This document shows, piece after piece, positions 38,769-50,274 of a stretch of 64,000 nucleotides of DNA; positions within the stretch are counted from its first letter, which is position 1; each line of letters starts with the position of its first letter. The position numbers and the translations under genes are program-made. The stretch is taken from NCBI GenBank assembly GCA_039794085.1, contig JBDIWC010000001.1, positions 32,001 through 96,000 on the forward strand, in the 5' to 3' direction. Origin of the DNA: Gemmatimonadales bacterium (GTDB lineage: Bacteria > Gemmatimonadota > Gemmatimonadetes > Gemmatimonadales > GWC2-71-9). The notes below the pieces were generated by a model. It worked only from the letters and a program-made list of their open reading frames with translations. It did not search any database and was not told the origin of the DNA.

Positions 38769-39107
38769 TTACTGCGGAAGGTGCTGCTTGATCTTCCCCT
38801 CGATCACCTGCTTCGGGACGCCGCCGACCACGGTGTCCACGTGCTTCCCCTCGCTGAAGAAGAGCAGCGTGGGAATGGACCGGACATTGTACCGCATCGC
38901 GGTCCGCTGATTCCCGTCGACGTCGAGTTTGGCGATGCTCACCTTCCCGGCGTACGCGGTGGCCAGTTCCTCGAGGGCCGGGGCGATTGCGCGGCATGGT
39001 CCGCACCATTCGGCCCAGAAGTCCACCACCACGAGTCCCTTCTGTTGTTCCACCATCGCCGTCCACGTGTCGTCGGTGACGACCACGGTGGCCTTTGTCT
39101 CTGCCAT
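38769..39107 (-). CDS. trxA: Thioredoxin
   Basis: VDFWAEWCGPCR and VRSIPTL. Confidence 0.96.
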   Translation of the reverse strand: MAETKATVVVTDDTWTAMVEQQKGLVVVDFWAEWCGPCRAIAPALEELATAYAGKVSIAKLDVDGNQRTAMRYNVRSIPTLLFFSEGKHVDTVVGGVPKQVIEGKIKQHLPQ

Positions 39108-39203
39108 TGCGCTACGCTCCCTGCGCGGGGCCGGCACCCCGCATCGTGATTAGGTTTCGCCCGCCGCGACGTATTCGCGACCAGGCCCGTGACTCTGGAG
39201 AAC

Positions 39204-39605
39204 ATGACCATGCCCCCGCCCGCCCATCTCGCCCACGTCGGCATTGCCGTTCCGAACGTGGACGCCGCCCTGCGCTTCTACCGCGACATCCTCGGCATCA
39301 CTCCCCCTGCCCCCGAGGAGGCCGATGGAGCCCGGATCGTGTCCCTTCCCTTTGGCGATTCCGAGGTCGAACTCCTCGAACCCGTGGACCCCGAGGGACC
39401 GATCGCCCGATTCCTGGCCCGGCGGGGCCCGGGAATCCACCACATCTGCTATCGCGTTCCCGATCTGGACCAGGCCCTCGACGCCTGCCGGGGCGCCGGG
39501 TACCAGTTGATCGATGACACGCCGCGCCAGGGGGCCGGTGGACGCCGTATCGCGTTCGTTCACCCGAAGGCAACCGCCGGAATCCTCCTGGAGCTTACCG
39601 AGTAA
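39204..39605 (+). CDS. mce: Methylmalonyl-CoA epimerase (VOC family)
   Basis: HVGIAV, VELLEP, GPGIHHIC and AFVHPK..GILLEL. Confidence 0.9.
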   Translation: MTMPPPAHLAHVGIAVPNVDAALRFYRDILGITPPAPEEADGARIVSLPFGDSEVELLEPVDPEGPIARFLARRGPGIHHICYRVPDLDQALDACRGAGYQLIDDTPRQGAGGRRIAFVHPKATAGILLELTE

Positions 39606-39611
39606 ACGTCA

Positions 39612-40091
39612 TCAACGCCCGGGAGGATTCGGAACCGTTGGATTCCCCGGCCGGGGGTTCACACCGCAGGGCTTGACGGGGTTGCCCGCCGCATCGAGAT
39701 CAATGGTGTTGATCAGGAGCCCTCCCCCCGGCCCTCGGACCAGTCCGATTGGCACGTTCCGGACACACCCCGGCCGTGCCAACTCCACCATGACGGCGAC
39801 CCGACCCTGCTCCGTGGTCTCGGACACCACCCGGTGGCCGCCATTCTTCAGAAAAGAGTGCATGACGAAGATCCGGCGTTGATAATCGGGTGGATTCCTC
39901 GTCGAGGCCGCCGAGCCGCGGGCGGTGCCCCAGAGTTCCGCCATGCGGGTGAGGTTGCTGTCTGCGACGGCCTGCATAAACTCCATCACGACGGAGGTGG
40001 CGGATTGTTCAGGCGGGGGAGCGGAAGGAGACACTCTTCCCCCTCCGCAGCCCAGCGTCAGGATCGAGAGCATAACACAGACAGATCGCAT
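39612..40091 (-). CDS. Hypothetical lipoprotein
   Basis: MRSVCVMLSILTLGC lipobox; FMQAVADSNLTRMAELWGT. Confidence 0.7.
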   Translation of the reverse strand: MRSVCVMLSILTLGCGGGRVSPSAPPPEQSATSVVMEFMQAVADSNLTRMAELWGTARGSAASTRNPPDYQRRIFVMHSFLKNGGHRVVSETTEQGRVAVMVELARPGCVRNVPIGLVRGPGGGLLINTIDLDAAGNPVKPCGVNPRPGNPTVPNPPGR

Positions 40092-40153
40092 TTCGGCCCT
40101 CCGGCGAGTAATGAGCGAAAGTAACCGACCGAACAGATGGGAGCAATCCAGCC

Positions 40154-40876
40154 ATGCGCCTCTATGTGAACGTGGATCATGTCGCCACGCTTCGTCAGGC
40201 CCGCCGGGCCACCGAGCCCGACGTCGTCGCCGCCGCACTGGCATGCGAGGCAGCCGGGGCCGACGGCATCACCGTCCACCTCCGGGAGGATCGCCGCCAC
40301 ATCCAGGATGCCGATCTCCCCGCCCTGGCCCACGCCCTCGGCACCGTGTTGAACGTGGAGCTCGCCGCGGTTCCGGAGATCGTGACGCGGGTGGCCACCC
40401 TGCGCCCCTTCCAGGCCACCCTGGTGCCCGAGCGGCGCGAGGAGCTGACCACCGAGGGGGGCCTCGACCTGGGGCGGAACGTCACGGCACTCACCCACGC
40501 CGTCGAGGTCTTGACCCGGGCCGGCATTCGCACCAGCCTCTTCATCGATCCCGATGTGGCGACCATCGACGCCGCAGCCACGCTGGGGGTGAGCGCCGTG
40601 GAGCTCCACACGGGAGACTTCAGCCACACCTGGCAGCGGAGTCCCACCGCCCTTGCCACCCTGGCACGCGCCGCCCGCCACGCACGGGAACGGGGTCTGG
40701 CCGTTCACGCCGGCCACGGGCTGGACTATCAGAACACGGGCCTTGTGGCTGCGCTCGGCGACATCGAGGAACTCAACATCGGGCACAGCATCGTCGCCCG
40801 AGCGATCACCTGTGGAATGCATCAGGCCGTCCGCGAGATGCGAGACCTCATCCGTCGCGCCCAGCCGTCGTGTTGA
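40154..40876 (+). CDS. pdxJ: Pyridoxine 5'-phosphate synthase
   Basis: VNVDHVATLRQAR, HLREDRRHI, ELHTG, HAGHGL and ELNIGHSI. Confidence 0.97.
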   Translation: MRLYVNVDHVATLRQARRATEPDVVAAALACEAAGADGITVHLREDRRHIQDADLPALAHALGTVLNVELAAVPEIVTRVATLRPFQATLVPERREELTTEGGLDLGRNVTALTHAVEVLTRAGIRTSLFIDPDVATIDAAATLGVSAVELHTGDFSHTWQRSPTALATLARAARHARERGLAVHAGHGLDYQNTGLVAALGDIEELNIGHSIVARAITCGMHQAVREMRDLIRRAQPSC

Positions 40877-40957
40877 CCCGCGCATCCCACCATCCTACAC
40901 TTCGCCGTTTCGGGATGCTCCCTGGTCCTCACCCCTCCGCTCTCCCCGCGAGATCGC

Positions 40958-42664
40958 ATGCCCATCAGCCCGGATCGCGCTGAGTTCTTTGTCCGGGAGG
41001 CCGGAGAGTATCTCGCCAGGATGACCCCCCTCCTGGCGACGAACGTCCTCTCCTCCCCGGACGAACTTGTGCGCCTGGCCCGTGCCCTCCGGGGCGCGAC
41101 GCTGATGGCCGGCCCTCCCGGGCTGATCCGGGCCACCACCGCATTCGAGAACGCGGCCAAGGCCCTTCAGGGAGGCGGACTCTCCTGGGGGGAACCGATC
41201 ATCACGGACGTGCGCGAGGCGCGAAGCCGCCTCGACAGCCTGGTGAGCCGAGCTTCGGCGTGGGGAGAGGAGGAACGGAAAGAAGTGTCAGGCTTGGCCC
41301 AGGTCCTGGAGGAGCTTCTGGGAACCTCGGACACGACCTCCCCCGTCCGATCCTCTCCGGTACCTCCCTTGGAGTCCACACCCGAGGGCGTGCGCACTTT
41401 CGTCATGCGGGAGGCGGCCCGGATCGCGCGTGCCACCGAGGACCTCCTCGCCACGGCGGCACGACCCGGCCCGGAGGCCCTGCTCCGAGTTCTCGACCGC
41501 ATGCATGCGCTCCGTGGCCTTGCCCTGCCCGGTCATTTCCACGCCCTCACCCTCGTGCTCGAAAGCCTGGAGTCACTCCTGGGGGACCTGCTGAGGGGCT
41601 ATCCCCCCCCCCCCGATCTGGGACCGATCCTCACCACCGCGACTCTCGGGCTGCTGCGCGGCGCCGAGGGACCACCGGGAGAGGCTCTCCCCGCCGATGT
41701 GGCTCGGCTGGGCGCACTTGTCTGCGCCGCCTTTGCGGAAGAACGCGATGTGGTGCCGGTGGAGCAATTGCTCCTCGACCCGGTCCCCCCGAAGGCGAGC
41801 GGGGAGGGGGACGCCCCGCTACCACCTCCCGATCCGGTCGACCTGGTGAGTCTGGGAGACCGGTTGCGGCACCTGGCTTCCCAGTTCCGCACCCCGGATC
41901 GGGCCGTCCTCCCGTTTCACGTCCAGTCACTCGCCGCAATGCTCCGCTCTCTCCGCACGATCGCCGATCGAGCCCCGGCGGGACCTGCCATTCGCGAGAT
42001 TGCCCGGGCCATCCGGCGGGGGGGCGCCCTCGCCGACCCCGAGGGATTTGCGAGCGCGCTCCTCGCCCTGTCGCAACCCCTGACCGCCGCCACCTCCACG
42101 ACGACCGAGGACGTGGAACGGGATCTTGCCCTGGCCGTTACCCTCCTTCCGGGAGGGACGGCCGAGCTCCCCCCGGGGCCTCCGGAGATCCCCGCATCGG
42201 CTCCCCGGACTGCGGCTGTCGCGCCCCTGACAGCCGAGAAGAGCGAAGCCACCCTCCCGCAGGGGGAAGAACCGGACATCGTCCCCATCGCCACCCTCCT
42301 TCTCCCTGAGGATCCCACGGCACGGACGTCCTTCGAAGTCAGTTTCGCCACCCTGCACCGACTCCGGCATGGCCTGGATCTGGTGACGACGCCCGGCAAC
42401 TCCGAGGCTCCGGTGGTCCCGGCGGATCACTCCCCGCGGGAGGATGAGGGCATCGTTCTCATCGAGGAACTGCTCCATCGGGACGAGGGTGTGGTGCCCA
42501 TCGAGGATCTGCTCTATCGGGGAATGGCCGCGGCAGCCCGCCTCCGGGAAATCCAAACGACGCTGAGAACCCTTCGCACTCCGTCCCCGGATCCGGAGGT
42601 CCTCTCCTCTCTGGTCGACGAGTGCCTGGACCTCCTCCCGCTGGCACTTGACGTTGCTCACTGA
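40958..42664 (+). CDS. Hypothetical helical protein with degenerate Hpt-like repeats
   Basis: FFVREAGEYL...ARALRGATLMAG and FVMREA...MHALRGLA resemble Hpt helices. Confidence 0.65.
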   Translation: MPISPDRAEFFVREAGEYLARMTPLLATNVLSSPDELVRLARALRGATLMAGPPGLIRATTAFENAAKALQGGGLSWGEPIITDVREARSRLDSLVSRASAWGEEERKEVSGLAQVLEELLGTSDTTSPVRSSPVPPLESTPEGVRTFVMREAARIARATEDLLATAARPGPEALLRVLDRMHALRGLALPGHFHALTLVLESLESLLGDLLRGYPPPPDLGPILTTATLGLLRGAEGPPGEALPADVARLGALVCAAFAEERDVVPVEQLLLDPVPPKASGEGDAPLPPPDPVDLVSLGDRLRHLASQFRTPDRAVLPFHVQSLAAMLRSLRTIADRAPAGPAIREIARAIRRGGALADPEGFASALLALSQPLTAATSTTTEDVERDLALAVTLLPGGTAELPPGPPEIPASAPRTAAVAPLTAEKSEATLPQGEEPDIVPIATLLLPEDPTARTSFEVSFATLHRLRHGLDLVTTPGNSEAPVVPADHSPREDEGIVLIEELLHRDEGVVPIEDLLYRGMAAAARLREIQTTLRTLRTPSPDPEVLSSLVDECLDLLPLALDVAH

Positions 42665-43691
42665 GGACTCGGGCGCGCCCGCTCCCCGTCTGCGTCGCAG
42701 TGCCATCGGGGCCGGCATCGGCATCCTTGTTTCCCTGGGGCTCCTCGCCCTGGCCCTGCGCGCGATCGACATCGAGGCGGCGTGGCAGCATGCCCGGAGT
42801 GCCCGGGCCCTGCCGCTCGTCCTGACGGTTGTTCTGGCGACGCTCGCGTTCCCCCTCCGCGTGGTGCGGTGGCGGGCGCTCCTCCACACGGTCGACGGGG
42901 TCCCGATCCCGCCGGGGCCGGCGTGGCACGCCGTGGCGATGGGCTTCATGGCCAACAACCTCTTCCCGTTCCGCGCCGGTGAGCTCCTCCGTGCCTACGC
43001 CATTGGCCGGCTGGCCCCGGTCCCGTTCAGCGGCGCCCTGTCGTCCATCGCCGTGGAGCGGGTGCTCGACGGGCTCACCCTCCTGGGCCTTCTTCCGCTG
43101 GGGCTCTTCCTGTCGGGCATTCCCGCGGACACCACGATCGGGAGCCTGCGCGTCACGAGCCTGGTGAGCCGAATCGGCCTTCTCAGCGTCGTGGCCCTGG
43201 GGGGCGCCCTGGCCGTGGTGCTCTTTCCCCGGAAAGCCGAAGGCCTCATCCGCCGCCTCATGCCGGTACCGGCGGTGGCCGAGCGACTGGCCGGGCTGGT
43301 GCACTCGGTGGCCACGGGGTTCGGGGCGCTCGGGTCTCCCCGCCGGTTGGCCGCGGCTCTGGTCTGGTCCGGTGTCCTCTGGGGGGTCAACGCACTGTCC
43401 TTCTACGTCGCCTTCCAGGCCTTCGGGCTTTCCGTGGGTCTGGCGGGGGCCCTGGTGCTGCAGAGCGTGCTGGCTTTCGGAATCGCGGTTCCGTCGAGCC
43501 CCGGGTATGTCGGGCTGTTCGAGGGCGCCGTGATTCTTGCCCTGGCCCTCTACGCCGTCCCCGCGGACCTCGCCTTCGCCTACGCCGCCACCTATCACGT
43601 CCTGACATTTCTCCCGATCACCCTGCTCGGACTCTGGTCCGTGACCCGCACCTCCATCGGGCTCGGTGACCTGCGGCGGAGTGGACCATGA
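42648..43691 (+). CDS. Lysylphosphatidylglycerol synthase TM-domain (flippase-like) protein
   Basis: RWRALL, ANNLFPFRAGELLR, VERVLD and PSSPGYVGLFE. Confidence 0.88.
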   Translation: MTLLTEDSGAPAPRLRRSAIGAGIGILVSLGLLALALRAIDIEAAWQHARSARALPLVLTVVLATLAFPLRVVRWRALLHTVDGVPIPPGPAWHAVAMGFMANNLFPFRAGELLRAYAIGRLAPVPFSGALSSIAVERVLDGLTLLGLLPLGLFLSGIPADTTIGSLRVTSLVSRIGLLSVVALGGALAVVLFPRKAEGLIRRLMPVPAVAERLAGLVHSVATGFGALGSPRRLAAALVWSGVLWGVNALSFYVAFQAFGLSVGLAGALVLQSVLAFGIAVPSSPGYVGLFEGAVILALALYAVPADLAFAYAATYHVLTFLPITLLGLWSVTRTSIGLGDLRRSGP

Positions 43692-44548
43692 CCGAACCGA
43701 TCACCCTCCTCGCCCACGCCAAGATCAATCTCCTCCTCCGCGTGCTGTCGCGGGAGACGGACGGATATCACGGCATCGAGACCCTTTTCGCGCGGATCTC
43801 GCTGGCGGATGAGCTGGTGCTGGAACCCCGGAAGCCCGGCGACATCACCCTGGCCGTGGAGGGGAGGATGGACCTGGGCCCGGAGAAGGACAACCTCGTG
43901 GTCCGGGCCATGCGCCTCGTGCTGGAGGCGACCCGGCATCCGATCGGGATACATTGTCTTCTCCGAAAGCGAATTCCGGTTCAGGCGGGGCTCGGGGGTG
44001 GGTCCGCGGATGCCGCCGCCGCGCTCCTCGGGGTCAACGCGCTGGTCAACCACCGGATCCCGACCCACGAGTTGCTTCAGCTATCGACCCAGCTCGGGGC
44101 GGACGTCCCCTTCTGCCTGACCGAGGCCCCTCTGGCGCTGGCCTGGGGACACGGGGAGAGAATCCTTCGTCTTCCCCCCCTCCCCTCGACCCCACTTCTC
44201 GTGTTGACTCCTCCCGCCGGGATCCCAACCAGCCAGGGGTATGCCTGGGTCGATGCCGCTCAGGGAGGATCCCGCCGGGGGGCCCTGGCACTCGATCTGG
44301 AGGCGCTGGGCTCCTGGGGAAGCATCGCCCGGATGGCGGGGAACGATTTCGAGTCACCCACATTCGCCCACCTCCCGGCCGTCCGGGCCGCCTTCGAGGC
44401 GCTGGTGGCCACGCACCCGTTCCTGTGCCGGATGACGGGCAGTGGATCGAGCCTGGTGGCACTGTACCGCTCCTCCCGGGACCGGGACGACGCCCGCCAG
44501 CAACTGGGGCGCTCGTTTGGCACCGTACGAGAGGCGGAGACCCTGTAA
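43688..44548 (+). CDS. ispE: 4-(cytidine 5'-diphospho)-2-C-methyl-D-erythritol kinase
   Basis: AKINLLLRV, KRIPVQAGLGGGSADAA, LGADVPF and MTGSGS. Confidence 0.95.
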   Translation: MTEPITLLAHAKINLLLRVLSRETDGYHGIETLFARISLADELVLEPRKPGDITLAVEGRMDLGPEKDNLVVRAMRLVLEATRHPIGIHCLLRKRIPVQAGLGGGSADAAAALLGVNALVNHRIPTHELLQLSTQLGADVPFCLTEAPLALAWGHGERILRLPPLPSTPLLVLTPPAGIPTSQGYAWVDAAQGGSRRGALALDLEALGSWGSIARMAGNDFESPTFAHLPAVRAAFEALVATHPFLCRMTGSGSSLVALYRSSRDRDDARQQLGRSFGTVREAETL

Positions 44549-44555
44549 CCGGTGG

Positions 44556-44584
44556 TTCACCGGCGGGCCGGGATCGTTTATCTT
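44556..44584 (+). promoter_or_regulatory. Putative sigma70 promoter of tRNA-Gln
   Basis: TTCACC-N17-TATCTT, 10 nt before the tRNA. Confidence 0.5.
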
Positions 44585-44594
44585 CCCCGCGCGC

Positions 44595-44665
44595 TGGCCC
44601 TTCGTCCAATGGCAGGACATCAGACTTTGGATCTGAGAATGGTGGTTCGAGCCCACCAGGGCCAA
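44595..44665 (+). tRNA. tRNA-Gln (anticodon TTG)
   Basis: Acceptor TGGCCCT/AGGGCCA; anticodon arm TCAGA-CTTTGGA-TCTGA; GGTTCGAGCC; classic ispE-tRNA-Gln-prs context. Confidence 0.95.
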
Positions 44666-44720
44666 TGTGGGCCCGGTTCACCGCACCGTGGGCACGTTGT
44701 CGGGACCGGGCACGAGTGAT

Positions 44721-44749
44721 TTGACCACCAGCTTTCCCACCGCTATCTT
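44721..44749 (+). promoter_or_regulatory. Putative sigma70 promoter of prs
   Basis: TTGACC-N17-TATCTT. Confidence 0.65.
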
Positions 44750-44757
44750 TAGGGGCT

Positions 44758-45717
44758 GTGGCAATGTCGGGAATTGCGGCTGCACGCAGTCCATTGATGC
44801 TCATCAGCGGGTCGGCCAATCGGCCACTCGCCGAGGAGATCTCCCGCCATCTGGATCAACCGCTCTGCGCGGTGACCAGCCGGCGGTTTGCCGATGGCGA
44901 GTTGTTCGTCAAGATCGATGAGAACGTCCGGGGACGGGACGTCTACATCATCCAGCCGACCAACCCGCCCGCCGAGAACATCCTGGAGCTGTTGCTCCTG
45001 ATGGACGCGGCGAAACGGGCGAGTGCGGCCCGGGTCACCCCGGTGATACCCTACTTCGGGTACGCGCGACAGGACCGGAAGGACCAGCCCCGGGTGGCGA
45101 TCAGCGCCAAGCTGATGGCCAACATGGTGTCCCGCGCGGGAGCGGACCGGGTGCTGGCGGTGGACTTCCACCAGCACCAGCTGCAGGGATTCTTCGACCT
45201 GCCGGTCGATCATCTGTACGCCCTGCCTGTGTTCGTGAACCACTTCCGGCAGAAGGGGCTCACCGATCTCGTGATCGTGGCCTCGGATGTGGGGGGAGCC
45301 AAGATGGCCCGCGGGTTCGCCAAGCGGCTGAACGCCTCGCTGGCGATCATCGACAAGCGACGCACGGCGGCTAATGTGGCCGAGGTGGTGAACGTGGTGG
45401 GAGACGTGGACGGCCGGGACTGCCTCATCCCGGACGACATGATCGACACCGGGGGCACCATGGCGGAGGCGGCCCATGCCCTGCGCCGGCTGGGCGCCCG
45501 GAAGATCTACATCTGCGCAACGCACGCCCTCTTCTCGGGACCCGCCGTGGAGAGACTCCAGGACGCGCCGGTGGAAGAGGTGGTAGTCTCGAATACGATC
45601 GCCCTGCCGCCCGAGCGGCAGTTTGCCAAATTGACCACGCTCTCCATCGCCCCGTTGATTGCCAAGGCGATTGGCTACACCCACAGCGACCAGAGCGTGA
45701 GCGCGCTGTTCGACTGA
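44758..45717 (+). CDS. prs: Ribose-phosphate pyrophosphokinase
   Basis: FADGE, PYFGYARQDRK, DDMIDTGGT and ATHALFSG. Start is GTG 44758 or ATG 44764. Confidence 0.97.
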   Translation: MAMSGIAAARSPLMLISGSANRPLAEEISRHLDQPLCAVTSRRFADGELFVKIDENVRGRDVYIIQPTNPPAENILELLLLMDAAKRASAARVTPVIPYFGYARQDRKDQPRVAISAKLMANMVSRAGADRVLAVDFHQHQLQGFFDLPVDHLYALPVFVNHFRQKGLTDLVIVASDVGGAKMARGFAKRLNASLAIIDKRRTAANVAEVVNVVGDVDGRDCLIPDDMIDTGGTMAEAAHALRRLGARKIYICATHALFSGPAVERLQDAPVEEVVVSNTIALPPERQFAKLTTLSIAPLIAKAIGYTHSDQSVSALFD

Positions 45718-45736
45718 CCGACGAAGGAACCACACG

Positions 45737-46396
45737 ATGCCGCAGACCACACTGACCGCCTCCCCGCGCACCGCCACCGGCAAGGGTGCCGCGCGCACAC
45801 TCCGACGCGAGGGACAGGTCCCCGCCGTCATCTACGGACATGGCCGCCCGGCGGAATCCCTCTCGGTGGACGTGGGCCCGCTGACACGCTACTTCGCCTC
45901 GCGACACCGGAGCACCGTGATCGAGGTGGAGATTCCCGGCCGGGATCCGGTCCGCGCTATTCTGCGCGAGGTGCAGCGCAACCCGATCCGCCCCTCCGAC
46001 ATCCTGCACATCGATCTCTACGAGATCCATGCGGACGAGGCCGTCACCCTCGAAGTCCCGGTCCGCCTTGTGGGAGTACCCGACGGCGTCCGGAATTTCG
46101 GAGGCGTGCTGGACCATGTCCTTCGGGAGCTCGAGATCAAGGTTCTGCCCCGCAACATCCCGGAACACATCGACCTCGATGTGAGCGCACTCGGCATCGG
46201 GCAGGGCCTGCATATCCGCGACCTGAGCCAGCCCGAGATCGAGTTCCTTCAGGACGAGGATCTCCTCATTTGTACCGTGGTCGCCCCGCGGGTCGATGAC
46301 GTGTCGAAGACCGAGGAGGAGGTGGTGGCGACCGAAGCCGAACCGGAACTCATCCGGAAGCCGAAGAGCGAGGACCAGGACGACAGCGAGGACTAG
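45737..46396 (+). CDS. rplY: 50S ribosomal protein L25 / CTC
   Basis: GKGAAR.LRREGQVPAVIYG and LHIDLY; CTC-type C-terminal domain and acidic tail. Confidence 0.95.
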   Translation: MPQTTLTASPRTATGKGAARTLRREGQVPAVIYGHGRPAESLSVDVGPLTRYFASRHRSTVIEVEIPGRDPVRAILREVQRNPIRPSDILHIDLYEIHADEAVTLEVPVRLVGVPDGVRNFGGVLDHVLRELEIKVLPRNIPEHIDLDVSALGIGQGLHIRDLSQPEIEFLQDEDLLICTVVAPRVDDVSKTEEEVVATEAEPELIRKPKSEDQDDSED

Positions 46397-46399
46397 GGT

Positions 46400-46963
46400 C
46401 TGCGCACCATCCTGGGACTCGGCAACCCCGGGCCCGGTTATGGGGGAACCCGGCACAACGCAGGATTCCTCCTGGCCGATCACCTGGCGGCCCGGTGGCG
46501 CCTGCCGCCCTTTCGCCGGGAAGGGCAGTCCCGGATCACCCGGGGTATGGTCGGAAACACGGCGGTGGAAGTTCTCAAGCCGCAGACATACATGAACCGC
46601 AGCGGCATGGCGCTCGCCCCCGTGCGGGCGCGCCCCGAGTTTGACCCCGCGCAGGACCTGCTGGTACTGGTGGACGATGTGGCCCTTCCCACCGGACGGT
46701 TCCGGCTCCGGGGTGCGGGGTCCGCCGGGGGGCACAACGGGTTGCGCAGCATCGAAGAAACCCTGGCGCGCCAGGACTATGCCCGTCTTCGCATCGGGGT
46801 CGGGCCCGTGAACCCCGGAATGGATCTGGCCGATTTTGTCCTCGGCCCCCTGCCCGCGGACGAAAACGAACTGATCGCGAACCTGCTGGACCCCATGACG
46901 GACGCTGTCGAGTGCTGGCTGATCGAGGGGATCGAGCCTGCCATGAACCAATTCAACCGTTGA
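46400..46963 (+). CDS. pth: Peptidyl-tRNA hydrolase (apparent CTG start)
   Basis: [19 protein letters not shown] lies upstream of the called ORF in the same frame; [16 protein letters not shown] and RLRIGVG follow. Confidence 0.93.
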   Translation: MRTILGLGNPGPGYGGTRHNAGFLLADHLAARWRLPPFRREGQSRITRGMVGNTAVEVLKPQTYMNRSGMALAPVRARPEFDPAQDLLVLVDDVALPTGRFRLRGAGSAGGHNGLRSIEETLARQDYARLRIGVGPVNPGMDLADFVLGPLPADENELIANLLDPMTDAVECWLIEGIEPAMNQFNR

Positions 46964-46973
46964 GGAGCCCCCC

Positions 46974-49034
<2,061 letters not shown>

Positions 49035-49039
49035 CCTGA

Positions 49040-49073
49040 CCGCGGGCACCGGGCTTCGGTCCGGTGCCCGCGG
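49040..49073 (+). terminator. Strong hairpin after hppA (possible terminator or processing site)
   Basis: CCGCGGGCACCGGGC-TTCG-GTCCGGTGCCCGCGG: 15-bp stem with a cUUCGg loop, but only a weak T tract. Confidence 0.55.
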
Positions 49074-49102
49074 CCCCTTTCCCCCCTCCCCCTCCCCCTC
49101 CC

Positions 49103-50200
49103 ATGCTGCGTCTCGGAATCGTCGGGCTGCCCAATGTCGGCAAGTCCACTCTGTTCAATGCCCTGACTTCGGCGGGCGCCCTCGTGGCCAACTATCCCTT
49201 TGCCACCATCGAGCCCAACACCGGAGTCGTGCAGGTTCCCGACCCCCGGCTCGACGCCCTGGCCGCGATTGTCAGGCCGGAGAGGACCCTCCCCGCCACC
49301 GTGGAGTTCCTCGACATCGCGGGACTGGTCAAGGGCGCCAGCACGGGCGAAGGGCTCGGCAACCAGTTCCTGGCCAACATCCGGGAAGTGGACGCGATTG
49401 TCCACGTCATCCGCTGTTTCGACGATGACGACATCCAGCACGTCATGGGCTCCGTCGATCCCGTGCGCGACCGGACCATCATCAACATCGAGCTGGGGCT
49501 GGCCGATCTCGCCTCGGTCGAGAAGCGGCTGGAGCGGACCGGCCGGGCAGTCCGCTCGGGCGATCCGCGTGCCCAGCTGGAACAATCACTCCTCGAGCGA
49601 TTGCAACCGCTTCTCGGCGACGGGGAGCCCGCCCGGGCTCTCGTGGTCACCCCGGAGGAGGAGCCGGTCTTCCGGCAGTTCAACCTGCTGACCGCGAAGC
49701 CCGTTCTCTACGCCGCCAACGTGGCCGAGGAGGAGATCACCACGGGTAACGTCCATCTCACCGCGCTGGCCCAGGCCCTGGAAACCGAGCGGGAACCGGC
49801 CGAAATCGTTCCCTTCAGCGCCCGAGTCGAGGCGGAACTCGCCGAGCTGGCCCCGGAGGACCGTGCCGAGTTTCTCACCTCGCTCGGCCTGACCGAATCG
49901 GGGCTCGACCGGCTCGGACGGGCGGCGTACCATCTCCTGGGCCTGCGGAGCTACTTCACGGCGGGCGAAAAGGAGGTCCGGGCCTGGACCATTCACCGGG
50001 GTGACAAGGCACCGGCCGCAGCCGGCGTCATCCACTCCGACTTCGAGAAGGGGTTCATCCGGGCGGAGACGGTGTCGTACGACGATTTCATCCGGGTGGG
50101 AGGGTGGAAGGCGGCGCGGGAGCAGGGACTCGCCCGGGCCGAGGGGAAGGAGTATGTGGTTCAGGACGGGGATGTCCTCCTGTTCCGGTTCAACGTCTAG
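49103..50200 (+). CDS. ychF: Redox-regulated ATPase YchF
   Basis: [37 protein letters not shown] and [13 protein letters not shown]. Confidence 0.97.
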   Translation: MLRLGIVGLPNVGKSTLFNALTSAGALVANYPFATIEPNTGVVQVPDPRLDALAAIVRPERTLPATVEFLDIAGLVKGASTGEGLGNQFLANIREVDAIVHVIRCFDDDDIQHVMGSVDPVRDRTIINIELGLADLASVEKRLERTGRAVRSGDPRAQLEQSLLERLQPLLGDGEPARALVVTPEEEPVFRQFNLLTAKPVLYAANVAEEEITTGNVHLTALAQALETEREPAEIVPFSARVEAELAELAPEDRAEFLTSLGLTESGLDRLGRAAYHLLGLRSYFTAGEKEVRAWTIHRGDKAPAAAGVIHSDFEKGFIRAETVSYDDFIRVGGWKAAREQGLARAEGKEYVVQDGDVLLFRFNV

Positions 50201-50274
50201 GGAGGTTGTCCCGCTCCTGTGCACCGTGTCGGGCGACTGACGTCTCCCTGTGTGCTACCGAGAAAGGCGATCTC

